Source: Atractiella rhizophila
Lineage: Eukaryota
Reading direction: 5' to 3'
NCBI GenBank assembly: GCA_021432655.1
Contig: MU271329.1
Location: 62,001 to 91,203, forward strand
Length of the DNA stretch: 29,203 nt
Below the pieces are notes generated by a model, which worked only from the letters and a program-made list of their open reading frames with translations, was not told the DNA's origin and made no database searches. Below, in pieces: positions 22,898 to 29,203 of the stretch. Every line of letters starts with the position of its first letter. The stretch's first letter is position 1. Made by a program: the position numbers and the translations under genes.

Positions 22898-23229
22898 CTT
22901 CAGGAAGATATCAGTTTGACTACAGTTTACAGGTATGCTGAAGAAAGCTCACTTTGACAAGAGTTGGAACTGTTGTTTGTGATGAGATGATGACAAAAAG
23001 TGATATTCGTTTTGCGACGTGCCGAAAAAAAATATTCTGCGGAGGATCCGGAAGAGAAGGAAGGATTGGGCTTTTATTCCTTCAAAAACGAAAAGCACGA
23101 CCGCAACGACCCAAACAACCGTTTCGTGTCTATCGCACAAACTTTGACACCAGTTGATTCAAGGCACTAACCCTATCTTATCGCTTATCAGTGGACATAG
23201 GCGCCTCTCAGCGCTGAGGGACCTCGGGC

Positions 23230-24387
23230 GAGGAGGAAGAAGTTCGCTTCATCAGTTGATGGTCTCGTCACCTTTGCAATTCGCACAGGTCACAAAGATA
23301 CGTCATTCACCTGGATCATCCGATGCTGCTCGAGCTGAGGAAGAGGATTCTGGATTCTGGATGAGGACAGAGATGAGCCCCAACCCAGGCTTAACTAGTA
23401 ACTCTTCTTTGAAAGGTTTAGGCAGACTGGTGTGACCTACCTTCATGAAGAATTCACAGAGGTTAACAGAACATGATGTATGATGAATTAATTGTGTTTT
23501 ACACCCATGCGATTGCACCTGCACAACCTCTCCCAACATGTTGTCTCAACCCGAACCTCTGTACAATCAAGCAATGAGACTGGGAATCAACCGCTTGGAC
23601 CTTGCCTAGTTTACCGTTCACGCGATTGCATCAATATTATATTCTGCTGGTCCCGCTGTGGTCCACTTCAAAGAAGCGATACAGATGGCTCGCATTGCAT
23701 TGGGAGCTTCGCTGCCTCACGGCGTCACACAGGCAGCCCTCATAATTAAGTTTTCAACGCCAGGTTCACACGGCACTTTTTGGCACAGTCGTGATCGGAT
23801 TTGCACACGGCAATGAACTTATGAAAGAGACTTGGAAATTTGAGCAGTCTACAACAGACAAAGTGGTCACGACCCAGACCAGGACTCAGATCTCAGAGAA
23901 GATTCGAAAACTACGTAGACATCAAAAGGCAGGATAACAACGATTCAAAAGTCCGCTCTTTGAAACAGAAGGAAACTCGAGAAAGACAATCACTATATAG
24001 TACAAGGGGGAGAGTTATGAAACTTAGGATTCGTCGCAATATCTGGCATGTCTTAACAGCTTATCGTAATGTCTGCTAGAGTGGAAGGTGCACATGCAAT
24101 GCGAGCTTGCCCACGTTCAGCACCAACCGCTTCAAACGTAACCTATCTCGATGTATGAGTTGTAACTTGAAGTGGACAGTATTAGTGTCTGCCCAAGGCC
24201 CTTAACTGTGCCTCCATGCTTGCCACAACGTACGCTCTCGCAATCTGTTCCTGTTCTGGACGGCGAGGTTCTCCAAGAACGAAATACGTTCCTGCGGCGC
24301 TCAGGAGCTCAATCCTCAGTCTTTGGGGTATGCGGTCAAAAACGTATGCAATTGAGGCGTTGCATCTTGGTCCTGAAAGGTTGTCAG
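23230..24387 (+). repeat. ~1.16 kb direct tandem duplication, copy 1
   Basis: Colinear with 24388-25562, from gaggaggaagaag to cctgaaaggttgtcag, with several indels. Boundaries are uncertain by 2-3 nt. Confidence 0.93.
24182..24372 (-). pseudogene. Orphan duplicated last exon of paralog B
   Basis: PRCNASIAYVFDRIPQRLRIELLSAAGTYFVLGEPRRPEQEQIARAYVVASMEAQLRALGRH*. The branch point and acceptor are kept, but there is no upstream donor or exons. Confidence 0.8.
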
Positions 24388-25562
24388 AGGAGGAAGAAGT
24401 CGTCCACGGTTCGCTTCATCAGTTGATGGTCTCGTCACCTTTGAATTTGCACAGGTCACAAAGATACGTCATTCACCTGGATCATCCGAGGCTGCTCGAG
24501 CTGAGGAAGAGGACTCTGGATGGGGACAGAGATGAGCCCCAACCCAGGCTTAACTAGTAACTCTTCTTTGCAAGGTTTACGGCAGACTGGTGTGACCTAC
24601 CTTGATGAAGAATATTCGAGAATTCAACAGAGTTAACAGACCATGATGCATGATGAATTAATTGTGTTTTACACCCATGCGATTGCGCCTGCACAACCTC
24701 TCCCAAGATGTTGTCTCAACCCGAACCTCTGTACAATCGAGCAATGAGACTGGGAATCAACCGCTTGGACCTTGCCTAGTTTACCGTTCACGCGATTGCA
24801 TCAATATTATATTCTGCAGGTCCGCTGTGGTCCATTTCAAAGAAGTGGTACAGGTGGCTCGCACTGGGAGCTTCGATGCCTCACGCACACAGGCAGCCCT
24901 CATAATTAAGTTTTCGACGCCAGGTTCACATGGCACTTTTTGGCACAGTCGTGATCGGATTTGCATATGGCAATGAACTTATGAAAGAGACTTGGAAATT
25001 TGAGCAGTCTACAACTTGAACAGACAAAGTGGTCACGACCCAGACCAGGACTCAGATCTCAGGAAGATTCGAAAACTACGTAGACATCAAAAGGGAGGAT
25101 AACAACGTTTCAAAGTCCGCTCTTTGAAACAGAAGGAAACTCGAGAAAGACACAGTCTATCGCCTATCACTATATAGTACAAGGGGAGAGTTATGAAACT
25201 TAGGACTCGTCGCAATATCTGGCATGTCTTAACAGCTTATCGTAATGTCTGCTAGAGTGGAAGGTGCACATGCAATGTGAGCTTGCCCACGTTCAGCACA
25301 AACCGCATCAAATGTAACCTATCTCGATGTATGAGTTGTAACTTGAAGGGACAGTATTAGTGGCTGCCCAAGGCCCTTAACTGTGCCTCCATGCTTGCCA
25401 CAACGTACGCCCTCGCAATCTGTTCCTGTTCTGGACGGCGAGGTTCTCCAGGAACGAAATACGTCCCTGCGGCGCTCAGCAGCTCAATCCTCAGTCTTTG
25501 AGGTATGCGGTCAAAAACGTATGCAATTGAGGCGTTGCATCTTGGTCCTGAAAGGTTGTCAG
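24388..25562 (+). repeat. ~1.17 kb direct tandem duplication, copy 2
   Basis: Matches 23230-24387. Confidence 0.93.
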
Positions 25563-26281
25563 GACAGTCAATGCAATCAAAGAGAGGTCAATCATACGAT
25601 CTACTCCATATGTTTGAGGATCTGGCTTATTCGTCAGTTGTGTAACTGTGCTCCTATCAAACACTCACCCTCCACCAAGGTCCTCGTCTCTGAAAGCACT
25701 GAGCGCAATGAACTGATTGAATGGTCGAGGAGATTGGGGTCCATACTGCCTGATCGGGATGGCCCAGCAGAGGGAGCCGATGAAATAGATTTTCTAACGC
25801 TGCTTCCCATTTCTTGCGACTGGGTTGCATCTGCCCCGATCTGAGTATTTTGCGCATGCGCTGAAGGAAAGATGAGACGATCGACAAATAACCTGGGTGA
25901 ACTACTTACCCAGCTCTTCCTCTACGGACCCAGGTTGAAGGTCATTTTTCATCGCGGATCTTGCGATGTCGGGAGAGGAGGCAGGAGGCGTTATGTCCGA
26001 TCCACTGTCTCTCCTCTTTGGAAAGAATGGATCAGTTTGATCGCTGTTGCCGCTGTCTGGTGAAGCCGTGGTATCGTTCGTACTTTCGTTCGCGATAAAC
26101 CCTGTGCCTGCAACCCGGAGCTCCTCAGTTAGGCTTTAACCATTTGAAAGTGCTTACAGGATCCAGTGTCTACTTCGAGACCCATCTGTCGCCTATCCGC
26201 TTCGTGACTGCTGGAGTCCAGTCCGCTGGCTGATTCAAAAGGGGGAATTGAGTTCCCTGCACCGTTGATGGTGTTTCTCAT
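25357..26281 (-). CDS. Uncharacterised tandem family protein, paralog B (5 exons)
   Basis: MRNTINGAGNSIPPFES...ANESTNDTTASPDSGNSDQTDPFFP...AGPSRSGSMDP...ETRTLVE|DPQTYGVDR|PRCNASIAYVFDRIPQRLRIELLSAAGTYFVPGEPRRPEQEQIARAYVVASMEAQLRALGSH*. Confidence 0.78.
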
Positions 26282-28812
26282 CCTCCAGAAGTTCTCGGTT
26301 TGAGTATCCAGCGTCGAATTAATACTTAAGAGACTCACTTGACAAGATCGAAGCAAGTGCGGTTTAGGAGTGATGGAAGTGTTGTGTATAATGAGAAAAT
26401 TTGCGAGATATTGAGCCAGGACGATAAATTCACTGAAAGCTGGAAAGGGCGATGACTTTTGATCTCTACTCTCAAGGACTTTATAACAATTTCCCCTCCT
26501 TGCCCAGACGACCGCCAAACACGAGCAAAACAATCCAGGCGACCCCCACAAGCTCCGGATCTTAGGGCTTATCACTTTCAGAATCACCGCCGACGTCAGC
26601 TGCCTTTCAGATTGAACACTCTCCTCCCGAGACTTTGACAGGTAAAATTGATTCAATACATTAGGCTTATCGACGTTCATGTCAGATGCCCTCGGGCGAG
26701 GCGGGCACATCACCCCAGTCCACCTTAATCGTTCGGATTTGAGTCTCGGTTCGTATTTGCTTTCGAGAGCTGAGTGAAGAAAGAACATCTTGAACCAATG
26801 ACAAGGAATGTGGCGCCGTAGCAACAGCGAAACGTCTTCTATGAAGATTTGAAGGGTAGCGACTTATTTGCCTGGTTCGGCGGAGAGGAGTGCCCTCAAT
26901 GAGGATCCCAATTATGCGCAGAACTTCAGCAAGAAAATGTTCAAGCGATTGTGGAGGGGGTAAAAAGAAATCGTAACAGCACGCTCTCTACCATAAGTGG
27001 GGGAGGTGAAAGACTGGGTTAAACGATGCTTTCTTGATCATTGCGTCATAGTCATTTGGTAACATACTATTGTGCTTTCCTTCTCATAAGATTTAAATCG
27101 AAGTCTACTACGTTCTTCAAACAAAGTTATGATAGTCTCGTGATGAAGCCCAGAAGGCGAAGTCATGGCTTCTTCTTGAGGTGAAATGCAATACTGGGAA
27201 GTACAACTCTTCCCTCAATACTGTTGAGCATTGTTTCCCATTCCTTAAGGATAAGCAAAATGAGCTCTGATAAAGGTCTTGGCCCTATCTGTGAATGAGA
27301 AACGGTACCTTTATTCATTACCTTATTTCATACACCTTCATCTCCATAGCCAATTGCAACCTTGAACTTCGCGTCTCAAATGTCATCTTATTCGTCTAGT
27401 GAGGAGACACTACCGTTAAGAGAAGACTACATGATATAATTCTGCGTCCAAGTCGATGTCCTATCGTCCACGCCCAAGGGTACACTTTGGAAGGAGCACT
27501 GACTGGCGCGCTTCCCCTTTATATGTACGGAGAATCCAGACGCTTGGACAAAGACGCGGCAGACCGGGACTTCGCGTTTTGACACGGACGACCAGAAAAG
27601 AAATGAGGGTTTTCCTGTCATCACGCTTGGCCTTTCCGATTACCAGTCCACACTACGTAGATCGGAATGCGTTGAGAGCAACATAACGCTGCCGCTCGGT
27701 TACGCGTCACGGTGGCTCCCGTTCCGCCCCGCAGTTGCAATAATTGCAAGAGACTCAGCAAGTGAGCGGGAAGGATTATTCAGCTTCCCCACGAACTTTT
27801 ACGACAGTTTCATGATGGATAAGACAAACGAGCCGGCAAATCTGGTGCAGTAGCAACGTCAATCGGTGTCGAAGAGCCGACGATGAGTGATGCATTGATG
27901 CGTTGATCTAAATGCTATAGAGTAGTAAATGGTGGGGAAGGCTGAATGCAGCTAGAAGGCTTTCATGCCTCTTCTCCTTCTCCCACTTCGTTCATCATTA
28001 GAACTTGAAGAAGAAAGAAGGAAGGGAAAAAACAGGAGCGTACCAAAGTGTACCGCCAAAGCGGTCACGCAGGGCAACTCGATGCGAACAAGCTGTTCGC
28101 GTCACTCCGGATGGCCCAAATAAACTTTTCCTATTCCTGTTCCTGTTCGCGAACAGGAACGATAGACCGACTGGTCAGTGCAAAGCAAAAGTGCTCAAGG
28201 AAAGAAAAGAAAGGAAGTGCTACGCACCAGAAATTTCGAAAGCGCCGTTGCACTCCGATGTCGGGAGAGAGTGGAGCCTGCTGCGAGCGCTCTTGACAGT
28301 CCTGGAATAGGTTGAGGGACGCGACTGCGGCGAAATTTCTAGTAGACACCAAAAGAGGTGCCACGCATTTGCCAAGGAATGCCAGGTGAGAAGCTTTATA
28401 GGAGTTACAAAATTTATGACCGATAGGGTTGCTCGCACTGTACGCGCTTATTCAAATCCTAGGACGCGTCTTCCCGGCTCGCGTGTTTTGGCCGAAAAGG
28501 AAGGGGAGAGGCAGCCGTCAGCCAATCAGAGTGCTCGTAGTCAAACGCCGATAAATATGTACGTCTGCCCGACGGAATATCTCGTAAAAAGGAGTCATCG
28601 TCGCGCTAAACTCTAACCGGACGGTGGGCTCCGAAGCGCGATCCAAGCCGAAGGAGGAAAAGATAAAAAGTCAAGGCTGCGAATTTTGAAGGAACCCTTT
28701 TCCTCAGCTCCACTCGAGTTGTTTCCTCCCTCCCTAATATTTCACCAACTTGAGAGTACATTTTCCATAGACGATAGACCTTCCTTACATTTCCTTAATT
28801 CCTACAATAACA

Positions 28813-29203
28813 ATGCCTGACTCCAGTGGGTCTCTCTCAGCCACCTAGCACTGTTTGACTTGACTGACTGACGTTGAATGTGAGAAGTCGCATCGGAAGC
28901 CCAAACCAGGGTCCCAACTCCCGATGGAGAGCACGAGCAGCCACTGTCGTCAAAAGACGCGAAAGTAGAACTATCCGAGCTTCAGTCCACTCTACACCGT
29001 GAAGCAACGCGCAAAAGCACAGATTTAGAGAAAGGAAAGTCGTCCGATGCGGAGGCGTATCAAGTAGATGACGATGAATTCAACTTGTTGGAGTACCTCA
29101 AGAGCGATAAGGATGCGAGGAGCTTGGTTTTGGAGGAGGTGAAGAGAGAGAGGGCGAAGAAGAAGGGTGACCTTGAGATGGGCGGTGTGGCGGATTTGGA
29201 GGC
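28813..29203 (+). CDS. 5' end of a probable PDR/ABCG-type ABC transporter (runs off the right edge)
   Basis: ATG 28813 in an ACAATG context, then a GTGGGT..CTGAC..AAG intron, then an open frame to the window end: ...ELSELQSTLHREATRKSTDLEKG...DDEFNLLEYLKSD.... This resembles the 'DLEKG...FDLxxYL' N-terminal extension of fungal PDR transporters. No Walker A motif lies inside the window. Confidence 0.6.

Noticed and set aside
23167..23175. CTAACCCTA, a possible telomerase RNA template or telomeric seed
   Set aside because: A single 9-mer is expected by chance in 29 kb, and no pseudoknot or CR4/5-like element was seen.
26282..26824. Upstream extension of the 231-aa ORF 26129-26824
   Set aside because: Paralog A aligns from the ATG at 26281 (MRNTINGAGNS versus MVNTVNNAGNS), and the extension has no counterpart in the paralogs.
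27430..28800. Short ORFs and CGG triplets upstream of the ABC transporter as genes or PDRE sites
   Set aside because: The ORFs have no coherent model, and I saw no canonical TCCGCGGA element. Treated as a long promoter/intergenic region.

Overview
Intron-rich fungal genomic DNA, most likely from a basidiomycete (GT..AG introns of about 45-65 nt with CTRAC branch points; the taxon is inferred from gene style only). From left to right the window holds: the 5' part of a Myb/SANT-domain gene (-); a secreted intradiol dioxygenase-like gene (+); a Pro/Ser/Gly-rich single-TM protein (-); a dienelactone hydrolase (-); and a hypothetical protein (+). Next is a ~3.41 kb direct tandem duplication (11961-15373 / 15375-18794) cutting through a divergent KES1/OSH4-like oxysterol-binding gene and a YPQ/PQLC2-like PQ-loop transporter gene. 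It leaves one intact OSBP, one truncated OSBP, one truncated chimeric PQ-loop gene, and one full-length PQ-loop gene broken by an 11-nt duplication. Further right is a tandem array of three 5-exon paralogs of an unrecognised family, plus an orphan last exon made by a second ~1.17 kb tandem duplication. The window ends in the start of a probable PDR-type ABC transporter. No rRNA, tRNA, CRISPR array or recognisable transposon was found. All gene models were spliced by eye, so internal exon boundaries are approximate.
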